From Octopus sinensis (lineage: Eukaryota): a DNA stretch of 18,108 bases. The stretch is from assembly GCF_006345805.1 (NCBI RefSeq), contig NW_021824564.1, positions 1 through 18,108 of the forward strand, given 5' to 3'. This document shows, piece after piece, positions 1-11,330 of this stretch (position 1 is its first letter; each line of letters starts with the position of its first letter). A program made the translations under genes and the position numbers. The notes under the pieces are model-generated. The model was not told the DNA's origin and made no database searches. It saw only the letters and a program-made list of their open reading frames with translations.

Positions 1-146
1 TTATTATAAATGTTAGTAATAACTACAATAATATAATTTTTTTAAATCCGTTTGTTTGGATCCGTTAAATATTTATTTTTACTTTGTGCGTTATTGTGTC
101 TCTATTTTGAATACTGTCTTCGCTTTCATTTATACGCATGTACATA

Positions 147-165
147 TGTGTGTGTGTGTGTGTGT

Positions 166-203
<38 letters not shown>

Positions 204-298
204 TCTGTATGTGTCTGTGAGTGTGTAGATAGATAGATAAAGAGAGAGAGAGACAGACACATAAATAGATAGATACGTACATACATACATAGATACAT

Positions 299-329
<31 letters not shown>

Positions 330-354
330 CAGACAAACAGACAGATAGATAAAT

Positions 355-387
<33 letters not shown>

Positions 388-388
388 A

Positions 389-461
<73 letters not shown>

Positions 462-564
462 AAGATAGATAGATAGATTCATTGATTGATTGATTGATTG
501 ATTGATTGAGATATTGATGTTAATATATTTAGGAACGGCCATGATTTTACCAATTCACCAGACG

Positions 565-607
<43 letters not shown>
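147..607. repeat. Compound microsatellite cluster: (TG)n 147-200, (AG)n/(AGAT)n/(GATT)n ~226-512, (CA)n ~572-607
   Basis: Tandem units read directly. The overlapping ORFs (HTHT, YLSI, SLSL runs) are translations of these repeats. Confidence 0.97.
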
Positions 608-609
<2 letters not shown>

Positions 610-1011
610 ATTAAATCTCGTTCTACACTTCAACTTTATCGTTATTTTTATTTTAGCGTTCTTTGTTAGAAACCTGTAGTCACACATCCTGTGGCATCTT
701 CAGCGACACTCCATCCCCCGTGTCTCCCCTTCTCCTCTTTAGTTCATTCTAAAGAAAATATGCGTGTGTGCGTGTGTGTGTGTGTGGTGTGTGTGTGTAC
801 GTGTAGATATGCCCCGTAGACTCAGTTCACTGGTCCTTAGAACCTTGCAGTTCAGATACCCTTATACTATCATTATCTCTACGTTGAGCAGGTCTTTAAC
901 TTTAATACTGTTACATATTGTGGAGTGTGTAGGCAAAACAAAACACTTTGAGAATTCAGTCACTCTAGAGATCGATCACTATTGAAAATATATAAATATA
1001 TAGCCAGTAAA

Positions 1012-1665
1012 TTTGGTTATCCGAAAGTGTATGGAAAATTGTTATCGCGAAGAAAAGAAAGATGAAGGCGTTTGAAGTCCATCAAGGCTCAGTTGTTAGG
1101 CTCTCATAATAAGAGGAAAAACCAGAAGAGACTAGGGGCTATTTTTGGGGTCTAGAATCGAATGTTAAGTCTATTGAATGACGATATTTCTTTTCGAGAG
1201 CCAACGATTCGTGTTTAAACCATGGAAACTGTTTTGGAAGAAACTTAGAGAAGCTTTTAGGAAAAGGGAACCGAACAAGAATTTGTATACGATCTCCATT
1301 CATCACGATAATGTACGATTAGACACATCTTTGGTAAGAAATCAATCAACCGGTAAATTGGTCTGATGATAGTGACCTCACCCTTCGTCCACCTCGGTTC
1401 TGGTACCCTCTGACTCCTGCCTGTCCGGTCAAGCATAACAAAGTCTTTGAGGGCAACAAACTTATGATACAGCTGAGAGTAACTTGACTGTGGAGAAAAA
1501 TAGTTACAGCAGCTCATTTGAATTTTTTCAAAGAGGGTTCAACAGTAGGGTTCCGCGATGGCGCAAATGCATCGCTTGTGGTGGAGAGCTGCAATTTCGG
1601 CGACCTACGTCAGTCAATATAAAAGTTGATCCCAATTTTGTATCACCTTCAGGACAACGTTCGTA
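1012..1665 (+). mobile_element. Degenerate mariner (Tc1/mariner) transposase remnant, catalytic/C-terminal part
   Basis: Manual translation across frameshifts and stops gives KFGYPKVY..RRL..QLL, ETRGYFWGLESNVKSIE*RY (cf. DETWVHxxxPESKxQSMEWRH), KKLREAFRKREP..IHHDNVRLDTS (cf. LHDNARPH), PHPSSTSVLVPSD (cf. PHPPYSPDLAPSD) and FFQRGFNSRVPRWRKCIACGGE. Possible decayed TIR end ...TCG|TA near 1661-1665. Confidence 0.85.
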
Positions 1666-1939
1666 TCTAAGGCGAACTGGCAGAGCCTTTAGAGATGCAG
1701 TTCCCAACTGGAGTCCACCTGACCCTTGGGGTTCCCTATAAAATTTAGATGGTAAAAATTATCGCAATAAAACGGTTATACATTGAAAAAATAATTTAAC
1801 GAGTTTTTTATTCGATTCCTAATAATATTTAATTATAAAAATCTGAAATTTTTAAAAACTTCAAAATGGATAACCATTTCTGGGGGTCCAGAGGAGTAAA
1901 ACAAGAACCAAAGACGTTCACTTCCCCAAAGCCTTCGAC

Positions 1940-2030
1940 AGAATGCCTCGCAGTATGTTTCGTCGCCATATTGTGAGTTCTAATCTCACCGCAATGAATT
2001 TTGATTTTCATCATTCCGGGTTCGATAAAG
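1940..2030 (+). mobile_element. Old degenerate fragment of SINE family 2
   Basis: GAATGCCTCGCAGTATGTTTCG..GAGTTCTAATCTC..TTTTCATCATTCCGGGTTCGATAAA aligns by eye with the reverse complement of 2168-2397. Confidence 0.6.
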
Positions 2031-2167
2031 CAAAAATATTCAATCCAAAAGAGCAGAATAACAGAAAAAATGAAGAGTAAGAGGAGATATTACGCAGCCG
2101 GTGTATCGATTATGAAAGCTTCCCGTGACCTGTTCTAGTGAATTCGAGAATGGGGACATGCATATAT

Positions 2168-2397
2168 ATTTCTTTACTACCCACAAGGGGCTAAACACAG
2201 GAGAGACAAACAAGGACAGACAAACGGATTAAGTCGATTAGATCGACCCCAGTGCGTAACTGGTACTTAATTTATCAACCCCGAAAGGATGAAAGGCAAA
2301 GTCGACCTCGGCGGAATTTGAACTCAGAACGTAACGGCTGGTGAAATACAGCTACGCATTTCGTCCGACGTGCTAACGTTTCTGCCAGCTCGCCGCC
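2168..2397 (-). mobile_element. tRNA-derived SINE family 2, near full length
   Basis: Minus strand begins GGCGGCGAGCTGGCAGAAACGTTAGC (A-box-like), then GAGTTCAAATTCC (B-box-like). Related copies lie at 1940-2030, 15338-15538 and 16571-16680. Confidence 0.88.
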
Positions 2398-2825
2398 TTG
2401 AGAACATGTATATATGGTTAAGTGCTAGTCTTACACAAAAGATTATACTACAGAATAAACTTTATTTGTATAAGACAGAAGGATGTAATTTCGAGACTTA
2501 GTGACTGCTATTTCTAAATGAACGATAAACCAAGAGGTTTCTACATCGGTTTGTCTATAATAGATCAAATCCAACCGATACGTTTTGTTGGAGATTAAAG
2601 GGGTTCGTTGAAATTCAGGCACTGAAAAAATATTACATTAAATTATAGAAGAATAATTTAAATAAACAAAGCAAAACAAAAGCAACAACAACAAAAAAAA
2701 ACGAAAAACAAAAAGACTTAAATTTCTTTGAGAATTTCACATCAAACAGATGTCTTGATATTGCAGGTTATATTATACCACGTTAACTGTGTATTTGTAT
2801 GTGTGTCTATACACTTACACAGGTA

Positions 2826-3265
2826 TATATACACTCATACATACAAATATATATATATATATATCCAGCACGCATATATCTATACATACAAACATATACA
2901 TATACATACATATATATATATATATATATACACATACATACACACACACACCAATATATATATATATTATATATATATATGAACGAAGGTCCAATTTTAG
3001 TGTGCCGAATAGATTTCAGTAAGAGATATTTTGTATATCAAAACTCCGATCAAGACAATATATTTTTGTGTTGTTCATTGAGTTCTTTATGCGAGTGCAT
3101 GCAAATGTATTTGCATATGTATGTATGATGCAATTATGCATGTATGTATGAACATGTATACGTATAAATATGTATATATATATATGTATATGTATGTGCG
3201 TGTAAAAGTGTATAACTATATAAGTATATATATATAGATAGATATAGATATGTACATGTATGTTA

Positions 3266-3339
<74 letters not shown>

Positions 3340-3459
3340 ATATATATATATATACATACATACGCACATATAAGCAATTCAATAACAAAAAAAATCTATA
3401 TAAATTACATGTGGAATATTTCTTTCCTGTTCTGAGAAGTATTATTTTAGCTTCAGCTT

Positions 3460-3536
<77 letters not shown>

Positions 3537-3927
3537 GCGTGTGTGTATGCTGTGGAAAAAATGAAATATATGGTGATGATTAACCACAAAAATATGTGTT
3601 CAATATATAATAGCATGTGCATGTTCAAATATATCAGTCTTTGATGATAATGATGATGTATGCATATACGTGTGTGTATGTGCACGCGCGCGTTTGTATA
3701 AATACGTGTGTGTATGAGTATGCATATATATGTATGTATGTATATATACATAAATACATATACATAGGTATATATAATTTTTTTTATTGTTATATAAGAA
3801 CATTACGTATATTTATTACACTACCTTGGCTCATGGATACATATTTATAAATACCGTTCTATTCATATACCTCTGTACATTTTCTATTAATATAATTCGA
3901 TTCATATAACACACACTCATACACACA

Positions 3928-3960
<33 letters not shown>

Positions 3961-3970
3961 ATACACACAC

Positions 3971-4004
<34 letters not shown>

Positions 4005-4020
4005 GCACACACATATATAT
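2826..4020. repeat. Microsatellite field: (TA)n/(CATA)n ~2826-2980 and ~3115-3365, (TG)n ~3466-3546, (CA)n ~3907-4020
   Basis: Read directly from the sequence. Confidence 0.95.
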
Positions 4021-4032
4021 TCTTCTGCGTTT

Positions 4033-4120
4033 AGTCATGGCTACGGTAGAATTGAAATGTTTGCTTCTCATCCATACATTAATGGGTTCGATCGCAGTGC
4101 ATGGCATCTTTGGCATGTCT
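4033..4120 (+). mobile_element. Highly decayed head of SINE family 1
   Basis: GTCATGGCTACGGTAG..TGCTTCTCATCCATA..GGGTTCGATCGCAGTGCATGGCATCTTTGGCA resembles the head at 14039-14125. Confidence 0.5.
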
Positions 4121-4154
4121 CTTTTACATTATCCTGATCTTACTCAAATCTGTT

Positions 4155-4184
4155 ATATATACATACAATATATATAATCTATAT

Positions 4185-4262
<78 letters not shown>

Positions 4263-4341
4263 TATGTATATATAATAATTATATATAGAGAGAGAGATAG
4301 ATAGAATAGATAGATAGATACATAGATAGATAGATAGATAC

Positions 4342-4399
<58 letters not shown>

Positions 4400-4420
4400 T
4401 AGATATAGATATACACATAT
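4155..4420. repeat. (TA)n followed by (GATA)n microsatellite
   Basis: Read directly from the sequence. Confidence 0.96.
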
Positions 4421-4476
4421 AAAGTAAGGTCGTTCTGTATCTGCCTTAGGGTGGTGCATTCTATTCATTGGCAACA

Positions 4477-4502
4477 ATTATTATTATTATTAATATTATT
4501 AA

Positions 4503-4540
<38 letters not shown>

Positions 4541-4596
4541 TATTATTATTATTATTATTATTATTATCATCATCATCATCATTATTATTATTATTA

Positions 4597-4630
<34 letters not shown>

Positions 4631-4679
4631 ATTATTATTATTATTATTATTATATTTTATTATTATTATTATATTATTA

Positions 4680-4714
<35 letters not shown>

Positions 4715-4743
4715 TCATTATCATTATTATTATTATTATTATT
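4477..4743. repeat. Imperfect (ATT)n tract, i.e. (TAA)n on the minus strand; 3' tail/target tract of the Dong-like LINE
   Basis: About 265 nt of ATT/ATC units directly abutting the 3' end of the minus-strand LINE. Confidence 0.95.
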
Positions 4744-6995
4744 CCTTCGTAGGTAAAAATTCACCGGTGTCTTTAGTCATCTGTCAAGTCACAAGAGTTG
4801 CCTTAAGAAGTCTTGAAGTTTCATTTGAATTGAGCCCAACAACCCGATCACCACTGGTATCATTTTTACATTACACTCTCGCATTCCATACAGTCTTACC
4901 ATTTCCACTTCCATTTCAGTGTACTTGGTGATTTGTTCTCTCTTAGTCAGTCTGACAATATCAGGCCGATGATGTTCGATTACACGATTCGTGTGAAAAT
5001 CATAGTCCCAGAGCATCGTTACTTTTCCATCCTCCTGCATAACTTTATTTGGTACATGCTCATACCTGTTCTCTGTTACTTCATATTGGTATTTACAGCA
5101 TAAGAGCCAATGAAAATACACACACACTTCATCGTGGCGGTGCTTGTATTTTTTTGTGTGCAAGGCTCTCACATCCACTTACCAAGTGGGTCACATTTTC
5201 TATTTGATGAAACTATCTTTGGCAATCTACCATGCAGCGCCATCTTCTGCCAGTCACATAATTTCTGTTCCTTTTCTGATTTTTAAGTCTGTTTCTTGTT
5301 GTGGTTTCCCTATGTCTTGCTATGGCTCCAGCAGCGTTTAATAAAATTGCTTCACTATTACCTACATAGGAGTCTATATCTACTCTAGCTAGTCTTCCAC
5401 TGATATTAACCCTTTTCCACCTTCTTTTCTGGGTAGGTATAAATTTGCTACTCCTAACTTTTGGTGGAGTCCTATATTCATATTGAATTCCTTTGCTGAG
5501 TATCTTTGTAATGATACTGTCCAAGTATTTACAAACTTCGCTAGATTCGAACCATTTAGCTTTGACTTCATTAGATTCCTCACCTTTCTGATGTACGCCT
5601 TCTCAGTTTTCGTTTTCATTATTTTAGTTGGTACTCTGTCAGATTTTAATACTTATGAGTCTCTCCTCCTTTCGATGATTTTAATGTCTGGTCATCTGGT
5701 AATTGGATGCCTTCACTGTAGACTATCTGTCCCCTTCTTTTGACTAATATTGCACACTTATCTATGCCAAATTCCATGCCTGTATCTTTGCTCAAGAATC
5801 TTACATTCTGCATTAAGGGATCTATCTCTTTCTTATTCTTACTAAAAAGCTTCAGATCATCCATGTAAAGCAAATTGTTAGTTTTTCCCAAACTATTTCA
5901 GAACTGACCCCCTGCCTTTGCCTTCCTTAATACTAACCTGAGGGGGATCAAACATAGAACAAATATTAAAGGGGACAACGAGTACCCCTGGAAAATCTCT
6001 TTTTTGAAATTAACTTTCCCTAAAACGGTGTCACCTGAGTATAGAGCTACTTTCCATTTCTTCATACTCAAGCATTCACTTATCCATGAGTGTGGGATCA
6101 TGTCGTAGGCTTTCCTATAATCTATCCATGCTATTCTTAGATTTTTTTTCTAGATTTTACTCCATTTAGAACTGTTTTGTCTATAAATATATACCCTTCT
6201 TCCTGCAACCTTTCTGTTCTTCTGGTAGTAAATTCTGGTTGTCAAGGTGCTCGTAAATGCTTTCTGAAAGCATTCCTGTTAACAGCTTCCACACGAATGG
6301 TAAGCAAGTGATTGGTCTATAAGTACTAGCTGTAATACCCTTGCTCTTATTTTTCATAATGTTTATTGTCCTCCCTCTAGTCATCCAATCTGGTATTATT
6401 CCTTCATTATAGCAATACTGAAGTTGTTCCCTCAGCCTCCCATGTAAAGTAGGAAATTTCTCTAGCCAGTACCCTTGAACTAAATCCGGTCCTGGGCCTT
6501 TCCATTTTGACATTTTACTCATTAAGGCAATCTTAGACCTGGCTGCTTCTCACTCATTCTTTCTTCCCTCGCTTTCTTTAACCATACTGCATCTTCATTA
6601 TGATTGACTGGTTTATCCCAAATATTACTCAAGAACTTTCTAGCTTTCTCTGCATTAGGTTTCTCACCTTCAGTACTTCGTTCTCCACTATTTTTTTTTT
6701 TTGTTATAAAATCTCCTCTGGTCTGTCTCAAATAATATATTCTGTTAATACTGATCTATTCTTTTCTGATATCTGAAGAGCTTATCTGCCACTGCTATGA
6801 TACGCTGTTTCAACTCCTCTGTTACTGTCCCAAATTCTTTCTCTTTGACTAAATATCTTTCCTCGAGGCAAGATATACCTCTTGTGTTTCCTAACTTGTT
6901 TGTTTTCCAGGCGTCTATTCTACTCAGATCTTCTCTTAAAGTCTTCACTTTATTTTGTAGTCTCCTTTTCCACATTTGCTCTTTTTTTTAATCTT
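4742..6995 (-). mobile_element. R4/Dong-clade non-LTR retrotransposon (RT + CCHC + restriction-like endonuclease), inactivated
   Basis: Minus-strand fragments in canonical order: WKRRLQNKVK..EELKQRI; KWKGPGPDLVQGYWL; YRPITCLPFVWKLLTG; LLPEEQKGCRK; IDYRKAYDMIPHSWI; IFQGYSLSPLIFVL; LLYMDDLKLF (RT YxDD); GMEFGIDKCA; LYLPRKEGGKGL; ENVTHLVSGC; YKHRHD; LWDYDFHTNRVIEHHRPDIV; IPVVIGLLG. Many stops, frameshifts and deletions. No APE domain seen. Confidence 0.92.
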
Positions 6996-7205
6996 ATTAT
7001 TGGTACTACTGCTACCTTTTTCATTGACCACAACCGCTTAACTTCCCAAGCTAACCTGTCATATCTATCGACTTTTCTTTCTTCCTTACCGCATACCTTG
7101 TTGTCAGCTCGGCATGTTATATCTATGATCCAGCATAGTTTGTTTTCTTTCTCAATTAAGACTGTCTGGCTACCTATTCTCTATCTCATGGTCGCACTGA
7201 ATAAT
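6995..7205 (-). mobile_element. Endonuclease-domain fragment of a second R4/Dong-like family
   Basis: Minus translation IQCDHEIENR*PD(fs)VLIEKENKLCWIIDITCRADNKVCGKEERKVDRYDRLAWEVKRLWSMKKVAVVPII is an RLE core (PD..D..K), diverged from the RLE at 4789-5000. Confidence 0.82.
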
Positions 7206-7214
7206 AATCTCCTG

Positions 7215-7277
<63 letters not shown>

Positions 7278-7322
7278 GTTGTTGTTGTTGTTATTATTAT
7301 TATTATCATCATCATCATTATT
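7215..7322. repeat. (ATT)n/(GTT)n/(ATC)n tract
   Basis: Read directly from the sequence. It flanks the Dong-like stack on its 5' side. Confidence 0.96.
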
Positions 7323-7447
7323 GAGTGAGAGAGCAGCGCCTGCCATCAAAGTAACACTGGGGTACAAATATACGAGCCCAATATACCCATCATGACTACC
7401 CGTTTGATAAGGGTACACATGCATCACAGCCATATGTGTGCGACATA
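7323..7447 (-). mobile_element. Probable 3' end of another retroposon whose (TAA)n tail is 7215-7322; family unassigned
   Basis: Non-coding segment running straight into the (TAA)n tract on the minus strand (..CTCTCTCACTCAATAATAAT). It resembles a recurrent octopus repeat end from memory, not verified. Confidence 0.45.
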
Positions 7448-8185
7448 GTGATCTCCATCAGTACACCACCAAACAGTCACCATAGCCTTCTTTTTCAAGA
7501 GCTCCGGTTTAGGGGAGGTTTTCAGTGCTTCATTTTGGTCCAATCACTTCCAAGAACGTTTTTTGTTATTGTATAGAATCCACTTTTCATCACAAGTTAC
7601 AATATGGTTGAGAAATGGATCAGTCTGGTTACGGAGAAGAAACGACGAGCAAATTTCATATCTGCGCATTTTCTGATTTTCATTCAAATCATGTGGTACA
7701 TATTTGTCAGGCATTTTTGATTTTCCGATTGCATGCAAAAGTCTCTTGCCAGTTCTCGAGCGGTTTTACGTGGATCTTTCTCAATGACAGTCTTTAATTG
7801 ACCGTCAACTACGCTCACGATCTTCAAGGCTCCGATCTCTACTGTGAAATTGTTTAAACCATTTCTGAGTTGACCACTCACTGGTCATTTCCTCACCAAA
7901 AGTTTTGTTGATATCGCGAATAGTTTCAGCTGCTTTACATCCTTTTTTGAAGTTGAACAGCAAAATTATTCGAATATTGCGCTTTGACAGTTCTATTTCA
8001 GATGATTGTAACAACAGTGAAAAAAATATATCAATGTTGATTTATTGATGCATTTGGGCAAGTCTATGTCTATATTATAAGAGAATTGCAAAAAAAAATT
8101 TTCTTTTTTTTAAATTCAAAGCTCTGCAAAATTCGGTACAAATTCTTCATGGTTCAAAACGTTGCTTACTTTTTACGCAACCTGA
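7447..8185 (-). mobile_element. Mariner element (Hsmar1/SETMAR-like), 5' TIR plus N-terminal to mid transposase, 3'-truncated
   Basis: TIR on the minus strand TA|TCAGGTTGCGTAAAAAGTAAGCAACG (8185 downward; cf. TTAGGTTGGTGCAAAAGTAATTGCG). Peptides: IRIILLFNFKKGCKAAETIRDINKTFG, WFKQF..SLEDRERS, DPRKTARELA, KYVPHDLNENQKMRRYEICSSFLLRNQTDPFLNHIVTCDEKWILYNN, KPELLKKKAMVTVWW. Frameshifts present. Confidence 0.93.
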
Positions 8186-8194
8186 TATATTTAA

Positions 8195-8213
8195 ATACAT
8201 ATATATATGGATA

Positions 8214-8255
<42 letters not shown>

Positions 8256-8735
8256 TACATATATATATAATATATATATAATATTATATATATTATATAT
8301 TATATATATAATATTATATAATATGTATATATATATATATATATAATATGTAAATATATATATATAATACATATAATATAAGCCACCCATAATTGGATAC
8401 AACTCACCCAACAAAAACTCACTACTTGAATGGACCATAACAAACGACTTAAACAGGATTCGAATAATCCTATCAGGTGGTGCTATTAAGTTAGATATGG
8501 CCTGGACCATCTTTGGTCGAAACATATCTAAGTTTATCTAAGTTTATATATATATATAATATATATTATAATATATATATAATAATATTATATATATATA
8601 TATGTGTGTGTGTATATATATGTTGTATGTATATGTATATATATATGTAAATATATATATGCATATATACATATATGTATGTATGTATCACAAACATATA
8701 TATACATACATATATGTGTATGTGTGTGTGTGTTA
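8195..8735. repeat. (TA)n/(TG)n low-complexity tracts flanking a ~150 nt unique island (8381-8535)
   Basis: Read directly from the sequence. Confidence 0.9.
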
Positions 8736-9619
8736 TGTCTTTGTGTATGTGCTACATACGCACGCAGCGCGGTAACTCAAACGCCTATCGTACCATTATC
8801 GGCGAAACTGGAAGCTGTGCCGGTAACGAATTCCAAACTTCTGCTATTAATAACCATTCTCTGAAATATATTTTTCAACACCCTTTATACCCGTATCTTA
8901 ACAGAAGCCAGAAGCATCCCCTAATGTCACGGCAACTACCTTTTGAGGTGATGGGGTTGGACAATCAGCTCATAAACTTCTCAAAATTGAGAAAGAGAAA
9001 GAAACGACGTCTTTAAGCCATCATCCAAGACAAACCAAGAATCTAAGGGTACGTGCCGAAACCGTACCCATTTTTCTTTCTTTCTACCCGATTTTGTTTT
9101 TGTTTTGATTTGTTTTTTTTCTGTTTTTTATTCATTTTTTTTCAATTTTCAATTTTTTTCTTTTAATTATTGTTTTATTTATACGTTTTTTTTTTTTTGT
9201 TACGTACCTATTTATTCGGTTCTGGAAACAAAAACAAAAGACCCGAGTCCAATGAAAGTAAATGCTGGTTTCGTCTCATAAATTACCATTTGTTGACAGG
9301 AACTGTTCTCATTTAGAATTCTATGAAACGATGGGGAAATTTGTGGGCGGGGTATATATGGTTGGAAGTTCCAATTTTTTTTTTTTCTCTTTTTTTGCTC
9401 TCCCCTCACTTCCATTCTACACTGATATTTGATACACATAAGTAAATGCATAGAAACACATATGACCACATATCTACACAGCCACAGCCACACACCTCTC
9501 TGTTTCTCTCACACCTTCCCCCTGTATATATATTTATTTATTTATATATGAATGTATATATATATATGTGCGTGTGTGTCCTCAATATATATGTGTGTTT
9601 GTAAAAATATACATAGTAA

Positions 9620-9767
9620 CATACATGCATACATACATACATGCGTATATACATTCATAGACACGTACATACACAGGTACATACATGCACACATACATGC
9701 ATACTCACATACATACATACACACATACATACATACATACATACATACATACATACATACATACATG

Positions 9768-9799
<32 letters not shown>

Positions 9800-10153
9800 C
9801 ATGCATACATACACACATACACACATACATACATACACACATACATACATACATACATACATACATACATACATACTCATACATACATACATACATACAT
9901 ACATACATACATACATACATACATGCATGCATGCATACATACATACATACATACATGCATACATACATGCATGCATGCATACATACATACATACATACAT
10001 ACATGCATACTCACATACATACATACATACACACATACATACATACATGCATGCATGCATACATACATGCATGCATGCATACATACATACATACATACAT
10101 ACATACATACATACATACATACATACATACATACATACATACATACATACATA
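9620..10153. repeat. Long imperfect (CATA)n/(CATG)n tetranucleotide array
   Basis: About 530 nt. It explains the 160-274 aa HTYI/MYVC ORFs. Confidence 0.98.
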
Positions 10154-10634
10154 CGTGTTTGAATTTATAGAACTTGCGATGTTGTTAACAATGGCCAAGA
10201 TGGAAAAAAGCTGAGCGAAAGAATCTACTGTGGTACATTTTGGGAATGCCGGTACCAACCAAGATGTAATTCTTCTTGAAATCCCTGTACCATTTTCTAT
10301 TCCTCTCGGCTTTAAGTGGTACTGCTCAATGTCCTTGGCCTTGGGCTTACACAGTTTTGGGACCATAGTTTCTCAACCCTTGTGTAGTATTTTATTACTG
10401 GTATCATATCCAAGTCTTGAAAAGTCTTTATTAGTAGTATTCAGAAAAGGATATGTCATTCTTAACCCTTTGAACCCTACGAGCCCATCTTCACATGACC
10501 TCCACCCTGAGCTTCAGTTATGATTTCTTTCTATTAATGTGATAGTTTTTTGTTGTTCCTTTTATAAATAAACAAAATACTTATTTCTTGTTTATTTTAT
10601 TTTCTCACTTCTACATCCAAAACTAGACTTTAGC

Positions 10635-10880
10635 GTGAAGAGAGGGGATGAGGCCAATAAACTGTCCACAGTCTGTCTACCCGGTGTGAATGGCCTCTCC
10701 CGAAAAGAAACTGGCATCAGGACAGTATTCAAGTGTAATACAGCAGTTCGCAAATATCTTCTTTGAGTAACACCACCAATAAAAGAGAATATGACCAAAG
10801 ACTGCATGTACTCCATCCCATGCAGCTGTGGTAGGTTATACAAATGCGAAACATGCTGCACCCTCAAAATAAATGTAGAC
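10635..10880 (+). mobile_element. Penelope-like element remnant (RT-endonuclease linker and start of GIY-YIG domain)
   Basis: Translation VKRGDEANKLSTVCLPGVNGLSRKETGIRTVFKCNTAVRKYLL*VTPPIKENMTKDCMYSIPCSCGRLYKCETCCTLK matches the PLE pattern LPY..G..IRTVFK...VYxIPCSCGxxYxGET. Confidence 0.8.
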
Positions 10881-11071
10881 CTGCAAATAAAGAAGGAGGA
10901 CAAAAACAATAGACACATTCAATTCTCTTGAATACAAAATGGATATGTTCTACAAATACGGGATTTATGGGGTCCACCTAGAGCATATTAATTTGAAAAG
11001 CCTCCTGTACAGATAGCAACTGTGTAGTGTATAGGATAAACCTACAGGTAAACAGCAAAATTAGGAATGAA

Positions 11072-11330
11072 GTCTATAGTATAAGGTGTGCTGGGGGACG
11101 GTGCAGAAACATTCATTGTGGAGACTGCACATAGTATAGTTAAACACTAGTGGGGGGCCCCAGGAGAAGAAAAGTTCGTCACGGCTATACCAATATGCTT
11201 AATTAAAACATGGAGGCTCGGTTGATAGTATAGATGTTAAGATATTATCAACTCATAGACACTAGAATTACGGAGGCCAAATATATGGTAACAGGCAGAC
11301 CGAGCCTCAACAGAAAATATGAATGGAATA
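11072..11330 (+). mobile_element. Second, more decayed Penelope-like GIY-YIG remnant
   Basis: Across frameshifts: VYSIRCAG, AETFIVETAHSIVKH (cf. ETYIGET..L..R..EH), HGGSVDSIDVKILS, EAKYMVTGRPSLNRK (cf. EA.yI...PsLN). Confidence 0.55.

Noticed and set aside
1697-1915. Possible non-autonomous hAT element (CAGTTCCCAACTGGAGTCC ... GGGGGTCC)
   Set aside because: The termini only loosely resemble hAT ends, and I could not find a matching TIR pair or an 8-bp TSD.
65-4756. Numerous 60-160-aa ORFs rich in HT, YI, CV, YLSI or poly-I/L/Y
   Set aside because: These are stop-free frames of microsatellites, not genes.
8905-9048. Possible 144-nt exon (TTAACAG|...AAGG|GTACGT)
   Set aside because: All three frames contain stops and the polypyrimidine tract is weak. 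It could only be non-coding, and there is no transcript evidence.
9345-9358. GC box next to a TATA-like sequence (GGGCGGGGTATATA)
   Set aside because: Short motifs with the wrong spacing and no downstream gene; expected by chance.
9542-10366. 274-aa ORF and overlapping 160-220-aa ORFs
   Set aside because: Mostly a translation of the (CATA)n array. The unique N-terminal part has no motif I recognise.
10160-10520. piggyBac hints: TTAACCCTTT at ~10466 and a KWYR-like peptide on the minus strand
   Set aside because: No partner TIR, the peptide match needs frameshifts, and its position is inconsistent with the putative terminus.
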